In this document: positions 37,796 through 47,819 of the stretch, piece after piece
Numbering within the stretch: the stretch's first letter is position 1
Layout of the letters: each line of letters begins with the position of its first letter
Source: Thermoproteota archaeon
GTDB lineage: Archaea; Korarchaeota; Korarchaeia; Korarchaeales; Korarchaeaceae
Assembly: GCA_027492205.1 (NCBI GenBank)
Contig: JAOZFN010000009.1
Span: 32,001-96,000 of the forward strand
Reading direction: 5' to 3'
DNA: 64,000 bases
The notes under the pieces: generated by a model
Databases searched by the model: none
The model's input: the letters and a program-made list of their open reading frames with translations, nothing else
What the model was told of the DNA's origin: nothing
Made by a program: the position numbers and the translations under genes

Positions 37796-40453
37796 TCACT
37801 CCCTCTCCAGCAGTCCAGGGTACAAGATTATCCCGCCCGACGCGCCGATCAGCACCAGTACCCAGTCCCTGAAGTTGAGCGGAGCGGTCTTGAACACGAG
37901 CTGAAGTGGGGGGAGGTATATCGCGGCCAGTTGAAGCGCGAAGGAGGATGCGACCGCCAGCAACAGGGCCTTGTTGGCGGTAATAGCGGACCGAGATGTG
38001 TAGACGTACTTTCTGGGAGACCTGCAGTTCAAGGCCAAGAACAGCTCAAAGACGACGGCTATGGTGAAGGCGAGCGTCCTTGCACGCGCAACATCTCCGG
38101 TCACCTTCAGCTCGAGCCAGAATGGCACGAGGGAAGCGGCGGCCGCGACCAAGGCGGCCACTACGATGTACCACAGCATGCCGTGATATATCTCCTCATT
38201 CGGGTCCCTTGGGGGCCTCTCCATAACGTCCTCGTCTGGCGGGTCAAGGCCGAGCGCCATGGCGGGCAGACCGTCCGTCAGCAGGTTGAGCCACAGGATC
38301 TGGAGCGGGAGGAAGGGCAGGGGGAGATCCAGAAATGCCGCGGTGGAGATCACCATTATCTCGTCCCAGTTCGCGGACAGGAGGAGCCTGATGAACTTCC
38401 GAATATTCTCGTAGATTCGCCTTCCCTCCTCAATGGCGTTTACGATTGTTGCGAAGTTGTCGTCCGTCAGGACCATGTCCGCGGCCTCTCTAGTCACGTC
38501 AGATCCCCTGACGCCCATGGCTATGCCTATGTCAGCCTTCTTGACGGCGGGGGCGTCATTCACGCCGTCTCCGGTCATGGCCACGATGTCGCCGCCGGCC
38601 TTTAGGGCCTTCAGTATCCGGAGCTTGTGCTCGGGGCTCACCCTGGCGAACACGGATACCTCTCTGACGACCTCTTGGAGCTCCTCGTCGCTCATTGAGT
38701 CGAGCTCCCACCCGGTTACGACCCTGCCGGAGTCGTCGATTCCCACCTCCTTCGCCACGGCGGCGGCCGTGAGCGCGTGGTCTCCCGTGACCATCACGAT
38801 CCTGATCCCAGCCCTCTTAGCCTTCCGCACCGCGTCTGGAACCTCCGGCCTCGGAGGGTCCATCATGCCCACCAGGCCAACCAGCACCATGCCTGACTCC
38901 TGGTGGGCCCCCAGCTCCTCCCCCTCGGGGATCCTCTTGTAAGCGACCGCGAGGACCCTCAGGGCTCTGGCCGCCATGTCCCTCGTGACCTCGTTTATCT
39001 TCGCCCGCAGCTCTTCGTCAAGCTCCCTGAGCTCGCCCCCCTCCCAGAGCACTCTGTCGCAGAGCGAGAGTACGACCTCCGGCGCGCCCTTCGTGAAGGC
39101 GAGCATCCCCCCTCCCGTGGAGTGGAAGGTCGTCATCCTCTTCCTCGACGAGTCGAACGGAACCTCAGCCACGCGGGGATAGAGCCTCCTGAGTTCCCTG
39201 TGGTCTACTCTAAGGTTCCGGGCCATTGAGAGAAGAGCCAGCTCCGTCGGATCCCCGACCCTCACCAACTCCTCACCGCGCTCCTCAACGTCTGAGTCGT
39301 TGCAGAGGACCGAACCCTTTACCAGGGCGTCGACCGGGGAGTGTAAGCTTATCTCAGGGGCCAAAGAGAACTCTATAGAGCCAACGTCCAGCAGCCTCCC
39401 CGACACCCAGACCTGCCGGACGGTCATCTCGTTCATGGTTATCGTGCCGGTCTTGTCGGTGGCGATGACCGTGGCGCTCCCAAGGGTCTCGACGGCGGCC
39501 AGCCTCCTGACGATGGCGTTCCTCGAGGCCATCCTCTGAACGCCTATGGCGAGGGCCACCGTGACGACGGCCGGGAGCCCCTCCGGAACGGCGGAGACTG
39601 CCAAGCTTATTCCGGTCAGCACGACCTCCTCGAGGACGGACAGGCTCTCAAGCCCTCCAAGCTCGTAGATTCCCTCGACGGTCACGAGGGCGGTAAGGAG
39701 GAGTATGAAGGCCCCCAGCTTCTTTCCGAAGCTGTCCAACCTCCTCTGCAGGGGCGTTTCCTCCTTCTCCTCCAGCTGCACCATGGCCGCGATCCTGCCC
39801 ATCTCCGTGTTCATTCCCGTCTCGACCACCACGGCCTTGCCGCGCCCGTAGGCCACGACGGTTGAGGAGTAGACCATGTTCCTCCGCTCCGGCAGGGGGG
39901 TGTCCTCGTCCAGCGCCAGGTCCGCGAACTTCTCGACGGGAACCGACTCTCCGGTGAGGACCGACTCGTCCACCTTCAGATGCGCGCTCTCGATGAGTCT
40001 GGCGTCTGCCGGGACCCTGTCGCCCGCCTGGAGGACGATTATGTCCCCGGGCACGACCTCTGTGGAAGCGATCTTCACCTGCACGCCGTCCCTGATCACG
40101 GTTGCCCTTGGGGCGGCGAGCCGTTTCAGGGCCTCAAGGGCTCGCTCTGCCCTGTACTCCTGAATCGTCCCCAGGATAGAGTTCACAACCAAGATTGCTC
40201 CTATTGCGGCGGCGTCCACATACTCCCCGATCAGGACGCTGAAGATGGCGGCGAAGATCAGGAGCGCCACCAGGACGCTCTTGAATTGGTCGACGAATAC
40301 CTCCAACACTCCCCTCTTCTTGGTCTCCTCGAGCTCGTTAGGGCCGAATTCCCGAAGCCTAACAGACGCCTCTCGGGAGGATAGACCATTGAGAGACGTC
40401 TTTAACTCGTTCAGGACCTCTTCGACGGTCATCGCGTGCCAGGGGCGTCCCAT
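37796..40453 (-). CDS. Cation-transporting P-type ATPase, type IIA (Ca2+-like)
   Basis: LTGES, PEGL, DKTGT, KGAPE, TGD, GDGVNDAP, NLLTDG. Confidence 0.95.
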   Translation of the reverse strand: MGRPWHAMTVEEVLNELKTSLNGLSSREASVRLREFGPNELEETKKRGVLEVFVDQFKSVLVALLIFAAIFSVLIGEYVDAAAIGAILVVNSILGTIQEYRAERALEALKRLAAPRATVIRDGVQVKIASTEVVPGDIIVLQAGDRVPADARLIESAHLKVDESVLTGESVPVEKFADLALDEDTPLPERRNMVYSSTVVAYGRGKAVVVETGMNTEMGRIAAMVQLEEKEETPLQRRLDSFGKKLGAFILLLTALVTVEGIYELGGLESLSVLEEVVLTGISLAVSAVPEGLPAVVTVALAIGVQRMASRNAIVRRLAAVETLGSATVIATDKTGTITMNEMTVRQVWVSGRLLDVGSIEFSLAPEISLHSPVDALVKGSVLCNDSDVEERGEELVRVGDPTELALLSMARNLRVDHRELRRLYPRVAEVPFDSSRKRMTTFHSTGGGMLAFTKGAPEVVLSLCDRVLWEGGELRELDEELRAKINEVTRDMAARALRVLAVAYKRIPEGEELGAHQESGMVLVGLVGMMDPPRPEVPDAVRKAKRAGIRIVMVTGDHALTAAAVAKEVGIDDSGRVVTGWELDSMSDEELQEVVREVSVFARVSPEHKLRILKALKAGGDIVAMTGDGVNDAPAVKKADIGIAMGVRGSDVTREAADMVLTDDNFATIVNAIEEGRRIYENIRKFIRLLLSANWDEIMVISTAAFLDLPLPFLPLQILWLNLLTDGLPAMALGLDPPDEDVMERPPRDPNEEIYHGMLWYIVVAALVAAAASLVPFWLELKVTGDVARARTLAFTIAVVFELFLALNCRSPRKYVYTSRSAITANKALLLAVASSFALQLAAIYLPPLQLVFKTAPLNFRDWVLVLIGASGGIILYPGLLERE

Positions 40454-40569
40454 CTCCGTCGCGGGACCACTCCCATGCGGGATAAATACTTTGTAAGGGT
40501 GTAGATGCGGCAGAAGCGCCGCACGGAGAACGCAAAATCTTCCTTAAATAATCCCGAGGCGAGTCTCGC

Positions 40570-41505
40570 TTGAGCATGATGAGGAGAGTCGCGGCCCTGG
40601 CGCTGGTTGCAGTAGCTGTAGCCTCTGTGGCGCTCCTCTACCCGCGACTCAGGAACAACCCCCTGAAGGAGTATACATTCCAACACGAGCCATGGATGGA
40701 TGTGGTGCCCACGGGCTGGGATCAGGTGACCGCCCTCTTCCTTGGGCGTTGGGCGGGGGATCCCGAGCTAGAGAAGCACCTCACCGGGCCGAGCATACAG
40801 CTTCTCGGTGTAAGAGGGGCGACCTTCGCACCAAAAGATGTGGAGGTGCTTGTCCTCCCGCCGGGCGTCTGCCTGGCCGATTGTGACTCTCCCGTCCCCA
40901 CCAGAGCCACGATTTACCTCCTGAAGAACGAGAGTGCGAGGCGGCTCTACAAGGCGATGGCCGTGAGCGGGACCCTGAGATACAGACACTCGGGCTTCAC
41001 CGTCTTCTTCGCCGTAGGCCGAATGCCGGATGGAAAGAGGGACAGGGACTACGCCTCCCTGGCTGCCTTCAGAGATGACCTGATGGTCCTGGTGTGGGGC
41101 CCCCCCAAAGAGGCCAAGGCCGCTCTGGAGCAGCTCCTGACGCTGTCCGAGGGTGAGAAGCTGTTTGACGACGAGGGGATGAGGAAGGCCTTCGCAATCA
41201 CGTCTTCCGGCCTCAGACAGCTGAAGCTCAGGGCGGGCGGCGGAGACCTCTTAGGCGTCCAGGCCAGGAGGGTTGTCCTCACACTCGGCATAGACGAGGA
41301 GGGGGGTGTGAGGCTGAGGGCCGCGGCGGCGACGGGGGGGACGGGTGAGCTGAGCCCAGAGATCCTCGAGCGCGCCGTATCCAACCTCTCCTCCCTGCAG
41401 GGCGTGAGCCTCTCTCCCACAGAATCCTACTCCGGCGACGGCGTCGTTGCGGTCGAGTTCGAGATCCCGAGGGAGCAGCTGGAGGTCGCGCTGAGCAAGC
41501 TCTGA
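40570..41505 (+). CDS. Hypothetical secreted or membrane-anchored protein
   Basis: N-terminal signal/TM segment; no recognised motif. Confidence 0.6.
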   Translation: MSMMRRVAALALVAVAVASVALLYPRLRNNPLKEYTFQHEPWMDVVPTGWDQVTALFLGRWAGDPELEKHLTGPSIQLLGVRGATFAPKDVEVLVLPPGVCLADCDSPVPTRATIYLLKNESARRLYKAMAVSGTLRYRHSGFTVFFAVGRMPDGKRDRDYASLAAFRDDLMVLVWGPPKEAKAALEQLLTLSEGEKLFDDEGMRKAFAITSSGLRQLKLRAGGGDLLGVQARRVVLTLGIDEEGGVRLRAAAATGGTGELSPEILERAVSNLSSLQGVSLSPTESYSGDGVVAVEFEIPREQLEVALSKL

Positions 41506-41526
41506 TAGCGCCTGGGGTGAGGTCCC

Positions 41527-42348
41527 ATCGCCGAGATCCGAGGAAGGTCTCTCACGGTCAGGCTGGGGGACCTCGTCTACTCCCTTCTGGGAAGGATACA
41601 GATCCCCGTATACGAGAGGTACCTGTCCCGCAAAGTCCGTGAGGGCGCGATTCCTGAGCACATCGGGATAATCCTCGACGGGAACAGGAGGTTCGCCAGA
41701 TCGATGGGGCTCGACATCGCTGAGGGCTACAGGCTCGGGGCCGCGAAGGTCAAGGAGGTACTGGAGTGGTGCGACGAGATCGGCGTCAAGCACGTCACCC
41801 TTTTCGCCTTCTCGACTGAAAACTTCTCGAGACCTCCGGAACAGGTCAGAGCCGTTCTGTCAGTCATCCGAGAGGAGATTGACCGGCTCAGAAGCGAGCT
41901 CGACGACCTCAGGAGGAGGGGGGTCAGGGTTAGGTTCATTGGCAGGCTCGATCTCCTCCCAGAGGACCTCAAGGAAGCGGCCCGACGGCTGGAGTCAGCC
42001 ACGAGGGACTTTGGGGAGCGGACGGTCAACGTGGCGCTCGCCTACGGAGGGAGGGCTGAGATAATCGACGCGGTGAGGGAGATCGCCAGGAGGGTAAAGG
42101 CTGGGGAGCTCAGCCCCGATGAGATAGACGAGGGGACGTTCAAGAAGTTCCTCTACCTCCCGGACGTTCCCGACCCGGACCTGATCATAAGGACCTCGGG
42201 GGAGGAGCGCATAAGCAACTTTCTCCTGTGGCACTCCGCCTACTCTGAGTTCTACTTCATGGAGGCCTATCTGCCAGCTCTAAGGAAGGTGGACTTCCTC
42301 AGGGCCATCAGAGACTTTCAGAGGAGGCAGAGGCGCTATGGGAAGTGA
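41527..42348 (+). CDS. uppS: cis-prenyltransferase (polyprenyl diphosphate synthase)
   Basis: Catalytic PEHIGIILDGNRR lies upstream of the track start (41704); FSTEN, YGGR, DLIIRTSGE.R.SNFL, RRYG. Start probably ATC 41527 or CTG 41563. Confidence 0.92.
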   Translation: MAEIRGRSLTVRLGDLVYSLLGRIQIPVYERYLSRKVREGAIPEHIGIILDGNRRFARSMGLDIAEGYRLGAAKVKEVLEWCDEIGVKHVTLFAFSTENFSRPPEQVRAVLSVIREEIDRLRSELDDLRRRGVRVRFIGRLDLLPEDLKEAARRLESATRDFGERTVNVALAYGGRAEIIDAVREIARRVKAGELSPDEIDEGTFKKFLYLPDVPDPDLIIRTSGEERISNFLLWHSAYSEFYFMEAYLPALRKVDFLRAIRDFQRRQRRYGK

Positions 42349-43720
42349 CGGCCTGCTGTCGCGCACCTGTTTCCGTGAGTACGACATCAGGGGGGTCTAC
42401 GGTAGAGACCTAGATGCGGGAGGGGCGTACAGGGTTGGACTCGCTCTGGGAGAGTACCTCAGGTGCGGCGACGTGGTGGTCGGCAGGGACGGCCGGCTGT
42501 CCTCCCCGCAATTGGCCTCCGGAGTGATTGAGGGCCTCTTGGATCGCGGGTGCTCCGTTCTGGACATAGGGATGGTGCCCACGCCCGCGTTCTACTGGGC
42601 CGTCAGGAGACTCGGGGCCAGAGGGGGAGCGATGGTGACAGCCAGTCACAACCCCCCCGAGTGGAACGGCTTCAAGCTCGTCAAAGAAGATGCTAAGCCG
42701 CTCGCTCGCGGGTTCGGACTGGAGGTAGTCGAGGAGCTGGCTCTTTCCGATCTCAGTATGCTCGTGTCCGGGGAGAGGGGCACCAGAAGAGGGCTCGAGA
42801 TCTTGGATGAATACGTCACGGAGATCTCCGGCCTGGCGTCCGTCGGCGGCTCGCACAGAGTCGCGGTGGATGCGTCGAACGGGGTGGCCGCTCTCACCGC
42901 CCCACAGGCTTTGAGTAAAATTGGATGCGAGGTGAGGGTTCTGAATGGAGAGATCGATGGGAGGCTCCCATCCCACCCACCGGAGCCCCTACCCGAGCAC
43001 TTGGGTGAGCTGAGGGATGAGGTTCGGAGGGGAGGGTACGATCTGGGCGTTGCGTTCGACGGCGACGGCGACAGGTCCGCCTACGTTGACGATCGCGGTA
43101 GGGTGCTGACGGGAGACCAAGCCCTCGCGATCCTGAGCATGATGTACCTGGAGGATCACCCGGGGGGGGCCGTCGTCTTCGACGTCTCGTCCTCGTCGGT
43201 CGTGAGGGAGGTGGTGGAGGAACTCGGCGGGGTACCCGTTGAGGTGAGGGTGGGCAGCGCGTTCGTCAAGGAGAAGATGCTGGAGGTTGGCGCGGTCCTG
43301 GGTGGGGAGCGGAGCGGGCACCTGTACTTCTCCGAACTCGGCGGGACGGACGACGCCACGTTCGCCGCGCTGAAGATGGTCGAGGTCGTCGACCGCCTGG
43401 GCCCCTTATCCGCCCTGGTTGATTCTCTCCCCAAGTACCACATGATCTCCGCCACGGTCGAGTGTCCAGACGAGCTGAAGGGGACCGTGGTGGAGGCCGT
43501 CGCCAAGAAGATTGCCGAGGCGGCAGACAGGGTCGATCGGCTGGATGGGGTGAAGGCCTGGTTCGGCGACTCGTGGGTGCTGATACGTGCGTCGAACACG
43601 CAACCCCTGATACGCGTGACCGCCGAGTCCAAGTTGAGAGGGGAGGCGGAGAAGCTCGTCAACGAGGTCCTGAGGGCGTTGCGCGAGGTGAGGCTCAATG
43701 GATGGGGAGAGAGGCGGTGA
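42338..43720 (+). CDS. Phosphomannomutase/phosphoglucomutase
   Basis: YDIRG, TASHNP, FDGDGDR, GERSGH, RASNTQP. Confidence 0.93.
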   Translation: MGSDGLLSRTCFREYDIRGVYGRDLDAGGAYRVGLALGEYLRCGDVVVGRDGRLSSPQLASGVIEGLLDRGCSVLDIGMVPTPAFYWAVRRLGARGGAMVTASHNPPEWNGFKLVKEDAKPLARGFGLEVVEELALSDLSMLVSGERGTRRGLEILDEYVTEISGLASVGGSHRVAVDASNGVAALTAPQALSKIGCEVRVLNGEIDGRLPSHPPEPLPEHLGELRDEVRRGGYDLGVAFDGDGDRSAYVDDRGRVLTGDQALAILSMMYLEDHPGGAVVFDVSSSSVVREVVEELGGVPVEVRVGSAFVKEKMLEVGAVLGGERSGHLYFSELGGTDDATFAALKMVEVVDRLGPLSALVDSLPKYHMISATVECPDELKGTVVEAVAKKIAEAADRVDRLDGVKAWFGDSWVLIRASNTQPLIRVTAESKLRGEAEKLVNEVLRALREVRLNGWGERR

Positions 43721-44273
43721 GGTGCGCCCTGGGGGCGAGTTCGTTCTCTGGCCGATAAGAGTCAGGGCGATCCGAATCCGGACGAGGTCTGGAGAGAGGG
43801 AGAGGCCGCTCGTTGAACACCCGGGAGCCGCGGCCGTCGTCCCGGTGGAGGCGGGGGCTGTCTATCTCGTGAGACAGTGGAGGTACGCGGTGGGCGAGGA
43901 CCTCCTGGAGATCCCCGCGGGTACCAGGGAGGAGGGGGAGACCTTGGAGGAGTGCGCGTCCAGGGAGCTGATGGAGGAGGCGGGCCTGCGGGCGGGGAGG
44001 TTGGTCAGGCTCTTCGAAGGGTACCCCACCCCTGGATACGGGAGCGAGAGGTTGGCGATTTTCCTGGGGCTGGACCTGGAGCACGTTGAACGCGACTTAG
44101 AGGAGGACGAGTTCTTAGAGGTCGTGAGTATGCCGCTTCGAGAGGCCGTCCGCATGGTCCGAACGGGGCTCATTCGCGACATGAAGACTGCGCTCGGAAT
44201 CCTCTTGGCTTGGCAGGCGATTCAATTGGGGGAAGTCAGCCCGGGCTCGGGCCCCTCCAGCGGCGTACCCTGA
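43698..44273 (+). CDS. Nudix hydrolase, ADP-ribose pyrophosphatase-like
   Basis: HPGA, QWRY, Nudix box PAG...GE....CASRELMEEAG. Confidence 0.88.
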   Translation: MDGERGGEVRPGGEFVLWPIRVRAIRIRTRSGERERPLVEHPGAAAVVPVEAGAVYLVRQWRYAVGEDLLEIPAGTREEGETLEECASRELMEEAGLRAGRLVRLFEGYPTPGYGSERLAIFLGLDLEHVERDLEEDEFLEVVSMPLREAVRMVRTGLIRDMKTALGILLAWQAIQLGEVSPGSGPSSGVP

Positions 44274-44670
44274 AGAGTGAATCCACCGGCTGAGAGAGGA
44301 CCCAGTCCACCGCCTCGCTCAGGCTTCCCTCCATCGACCGGAGCTTCACCAGGACCTCCTCTCTCACGGCGACCTCGAGCCTCTCGCCCGACTTGACGTT
44401 CAGAAAGGTGGCGGAAATCCCCTCGCCGGAGGGAGACTCAGCAACCTCGATGCTGAGCTTGCCCAGCGTGCAGCGCGACGAGCACTGGACGCCATCCAGG
44501 AAGCAGGTCTCCGGCCTCCTCGGGGGGAGCTCGACCCTGACCGTGAGGTCGAACTCCGACTGGGGATCGAGCTGAGAGACGGCCAGCTCCCCCGCAAGGT
44601 ACCCCAGGGTCAGGTAGGGCCCCAGGTGCCCGTGGAACACACCCGCTTCCTCAAGACTCAGACGACGCAT
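44236..44670 (-). CDS. FmdE family protein
   Basis: FHGHLGPYLTLG, CFLDGVQ....CTLGK. Confidence 0.85.
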   Translation of the reverse strand: MRRLSLEEAGVFHGHLGPYLTLGYLAGELAVSQLDPQSEFDLTVRVELPPRRPETCFLDGVQCSSRCTLGKLSIEVAESPSGEGISATFLNVKSGERLEVAVREEVLVKLRSMEGSLSEAVDWVLSQPVDSLFRVRRWRGPSPG

Positions 44671-44733
44671 CCTCGGTCGACCTCGCCCATCGGCAGAAGG
44701 ACCACTTAAGCGCGCCATTTATGAGCCCGAAGG

Positions 44734-45540
44734 GTGCCTCCTTACAAGGTGACCGTAGAGAGGCTGAGCACCGGCGTCCCCGGAATTGACGGCATGCTGG
44801 GCGGCGGTATACCCAGGGGGTTCCTCGTGGCAGTGACGGGAGAGCCCGGGACCGGGAAGACCATCTTCTGCCTGCACTTCTCGTGGCAGGGGGTGAGGGA
44901 GGGTGACAAGGTCGTCTACGTGACCACGGAGGAGAGCAGAGAGTCGATACTGAGCCAGGCCGAGCAGTTCAACATGGACCTCGGAGGCGCCGTAGCCGAG
45001 GGCAAGGCCGTGGTGATCGACGCCCTCATGGGCAGGGCCAGCGACCAGTGGTCCCTCCGCTCCCTCAACCCGGAGGACCTGGTGGAGATCGTCCTGAAGG
45101 CCAAGAAGTACCTGGGCTACGGGAGAGCGAGGCTGGTGATCGACAGCATGAGCGCCTTCTGGCTCGACAAGCCGGCCATGGCCAGGAAGTACAGCTACTA
45201 CGTGAAGAAGGTCCTGTCCAGGTGGGACTTCACGGTCCTGGCCGTCAGCCAGTACGCCATAACGACTTCAGAGGCCTTCGGCTGGGGAATAGAGCACGTC
45301 GCCGACGGCATCATCCGCTTTCGTAGGTTCGTGCGGAGCGGAGTCCTGCGCAGGTACGTGATGGTCGAAAAGATGAGGCAGACCCCCCACGACCTCAGAA
45401 TGTACGAGATCTCCGTCGAGGACGGGCGCGGGTTGGTCGTCCTCCGACCGGCTGACATGAGGGCGGAGGACGTTGCCCTCCCTCCCAAGGTGACTGAGAG
45501 GATAGTGAGGGCCAGGAGGAGGGAGGAGGGGGCCCTTTAA
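44734..45540 (+). CDS. KaiC-like single-domain RecA-superfamily ATPase
   Basis: STGVPGID, GEPGTGKT, TTEES, IDS, EHVADGII, EKMRQT. Confidence 0.9.
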   Translation: MPPYKVTVERLSTGVPGIDGMLGGGIPRGFLVAVTGEPGTGKTIFCLHFSWQGVREGDKVVYVTTEESRESILSQAEQFNMDLGGAVAEGKAVVIDALMGRASDQWSLRSLNPEDLVEIVLKAKKYLGYGRARLVIDSMSAFWLDKPAMARKYSYYVKKVLSRWDFTVLAVSQYAITTSEAFGWGIEHVADGIIRFRRFVRSGVLRRYVMVEKMRQTPHDLRMYEISVEDGRGLVVLRPADMRAEDVALPPKVTERIVRARRREEGAL

Positions 45541-45565
45541 TCTGATTTTGCTGAGTCTGCGCGTC

Positions 45566-45838
45566 TTACACACGTTGGGGCCTCGCAAAGAGACCGTACA
45601 GGCCTAGATAGCTCAGGACGGTTCCCGCCACGGCCGAAATAAACGCCACCATGACGCTTGGGAAATCTGGGGTCTTCCAGTTCATCACCATCGCGAAGGA
45701 CAGTGCCAGAGCGATCAAAAGGAGGATCAGACCCAGTAGAGTCAGCCTTACTGCCCGGGGAACGATCGCCTCCATCGGAGGCGGCTCAGAGAGCGCGAAA
45801 ATGGTGGGTGAGGGGTCGTGGTGGTTCAATTCTCCCAC
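45566..45838 (-). CDS. Small two-TM membrane protein
   Basis: Hydrophobic ORF at the end of the ABC operon. Confidence 0.5.
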   Translation of the reverse strand: MGELNHHDPSPTIFALSEPPPMEAIVPRAVRLTLLGLILLLIALALSFAMVMNWKTPDFPSVMVAFISAVAGTVLSYLGLYGLFARPQRV

Positions 45839-46840
45839 TCACCTCTTGGAGTACAGGTGGCAGGCCACCCAGTGGCCCGGCTCGACCTCTATGAACGGAG
45901 GCTCCTCCTTGTCGCAGGGCTCGAACCTGTACGGGCAGCGGGGGTGGAACCTGCAACCAGGCGGAACGTTGGCGGCGCTTGGGACCTCGCCCTTTATGGG
46001 GATCTCCTTGATGACGTCCTTCATGCTGGGCTCGGGCTCCGGGACTGCGGCTATGAGAGCCTTAGTGTAGGGGTGGAGCGGGTTCTCGACCAGCGTGTCC
46101 GAATCGGCGAGCTCGACGATCTTGCCGAGGTACATTATGGCGATCCTGTCTGAAAAGTACCGAGCCGTGGACAGGTCGTGGGTGATGTAGAGGTAGGTCA
46201 GGCCGAACCTCTTCTTAACATCCTCCATCAGATTGAGTATCTCCGCCCTGATCGAGAGGTCGAGCATGGACACCGGCTCGTCGGCCACTATGAACTCGGG
46301 GTTGAGGATGAGCGCCCTGGCTATCGCAACTCTCTGCCTCTGACCCCCGGAGAGCTGATGCGGGAACCTACCCAGGAACTCCTCAGGGGGGACCATCCGC
46401 ACGCTCTCGAGGGCCCTTATGATCAGCTCCTCCCTCTCCGACCTGGTGTCTCCGATGCCCTGCAGGATGAGTGGCTCCTCCAAAACGTTGTAGACCCTGA
46501 ACCTCGGGTTGAGCGATCCGTAGGGGTCCTGGAAGATTATCTGAACCTTCTTCCTATACTCCCTCTCCTCCTCTCTGCTGAGGGTCGTTATGTCGGTCCC
46601 GTTGAAGTAGATCTTCCCGGAGGTGGGCTCGAGGAGCTTCACAATCAGCCTGCCGGTGGTTGTCTTCCCGCAGCCGGACTCGCCCGCCAGAGCGAAGACC
46701 TCGCCCTTGTGGATCTCAAATGAGACGTCGTCCACCGCCTTAACGCTCCGCGGGGGGGCTCCCTTGAGGAACTCTACGACGGACCTCCTGAGAGGGAAGT
46801 ACTTCTTCAGGTTCTCAACCTTGACCACCACTTCCGCCAT
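45839..46840 (-). CDS. Peptide ABC transporter ATPase (OppF/DppF-like)
   Basis: GESGCGKT, LSGGQRQR, DEPVS, C-terminal GCRFHPRC...C...C. Confidence 0.93.
   Translation of the reverse strand: MAEVVVKVENLKKYFPLRRSVVEFLKGAPPRSVKAVDDVSFEIHKGEVFALAGESGCGKTTTGRLIVKLLEPTSGKIYFNGTDITTLSREEEREYRKKVQIIFQDPYGSLNPRFRVYNVLEEPLILQGIGDTRSEREELIIRALESVRMVPPEEFLGRFPHQLSGGQRQRVAIARALILNPEFIVADEPVSMLDLSIRAEILNLMEDVKKRFGLTYLYITHDLSTARYFSDRIAIMYLGKIVELADSDTLVENPLHPYTKALIAAVPEPEPSMKDVIKEIPIKGEVPSAANVPPGCRFHPRCPYRFEPCDKEEPPFIEVEPGHWVACHLYSKR
45871..45955. repeat. 85-bp exact direct repeat, copy 1
   Basis: Identical to 46879-46963; related partial copy at 54139-54239. Confidence 0.85.
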
Positions 46841-46846
46841 GCTCCC

Positions 46847-47818
46847 TCACCTCTTGGCGAACAGATGACACCTCACGTAGTGGCCCGGCTCGACCTCTAT
46901 GAACGGAGGCTCCTCCTTGTCGCAGGGCTCGAACCTGTACGGGCAGCGGGGGTGGAACCTGCAGCCCGATGGCGGGTGTATCAGGTTGGGCGGGGCTCCC
47001 GGAATGAACTCCAGTCTCTCCACCTTCTTCTTCAGCCTCGGAATCGCGCCCAGCAGCTTCTGCGTGTATGGGTGTCGCGGGTTGAGGTATAGGTTTTCGG
47101 AGGGTCCTATCTCAACTATCTCGCCGGCGTACATTATCGCGAGCCTGTCGGCTATCTCCGAGATGACCGCCAGGTCGTGGGAGATGAAGATTATGGAGAG
47201 GTTGAGCTTCTTCTTCAGGGACTTTAGCAGATTGAGGATCTGAGCCTGAACGATGACGTCGAGAGCCGTGGTCGGCTCGTCCGCTATGATGACGTCCGGG
47301 TGCTCCAGCAGGGCCATGGCGATGACGGCCCTCTGCTTCATCCCGCCGCTTAGCTCGTGCGGGTACCTCTTGTAGATGTCCGGATCGAGTCCCACCAGCT
47401 CAAGGTGTTCCTTCACCCTCTCTGTGGCCTCCTCCTTTGACACGCCCTGGTGATATATTAGAGGCTCCGAGAGCTGGTCGCCGATCGTCAGGACAGGGTT
47501 GAGGGCGTTCATGGCTCCCTGGAATATCATCGAGATCTTCTTCCACCGGACCTCCCTCCTAAGCTCCTCGTCCGGCTTGCCCACGACCTCTATCCCGTCT
47601 ATCTTTATGCTCCCGTCAACGATCTTCCCTGGCGGCGGAAGCAGGTTGATGAGGGCAAAGCCGAGGGTACTCTTCCCGCAGCCGGACTCGCCCGCAAGGC
47701 CCAGGGACTCTCCCCTCTCAAGATCAAAGGAGACGTTGTCCACGGCCTTGACGGGCCCTCTGCTGGTCAGGTAATAGGCCTTCAGGTTCCGTACCTCTAG
47801 CAGGGGCATCGCAAACAC
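46847..47818 (-). CDS. Peptide ABC transporter ATPase (OppD/DppD-like)
   Basis: GESGCGKS, LSGGMKQR, DEPTTALD. Confidence 0.93.
   Translation of the reverse strand: MFAMPLLEVRNLKAYYLTSRGPVKAVDNVSFDLERGESLGLAGESGCGKSTLGFALINLLPPPGKIVDGSIKIDGIEVVGKPDEELRREVRWKKISMIFQGAMNALNPVLTIGDQLSEPLIYHQGVSKEEATERVKEHLELVGLDPDIYKRYPHELSGGMKQRAVIAMALLEHPDVIIADEPTTALDVIVQAQILNLLKSLKKKLNLSIIFISHDLAVISEIADRLAIMYAGEIVEIGPSENLYLNPRHPYTQKLLGAIPRLKKKVERLEFIPGAPPNLIHPPSGCRFHPRCPYRFEPCDKEEPPFIEVEPGHYVRCHLFAKR
46879..46963. repeat. 85-bp exact direct repeat, copy 2
   Basis: Identical to 45871-45955. Confidence 0.85.
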
Positions 47819-47819
47819 C

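Noticed and set aside
44236-44670. FmdE as evidence of methanogenesis or a C1 pathway
   Set aside because: FmdE-family proteins are widespread as stand-alone genes; no fwd/fmd catalytic subunits here.
44734-45540. KaiC as a circadian clock
   Set aside because: Single-domain archaeal KaiC-like ATPase with no kaiA/kaiB nearby.
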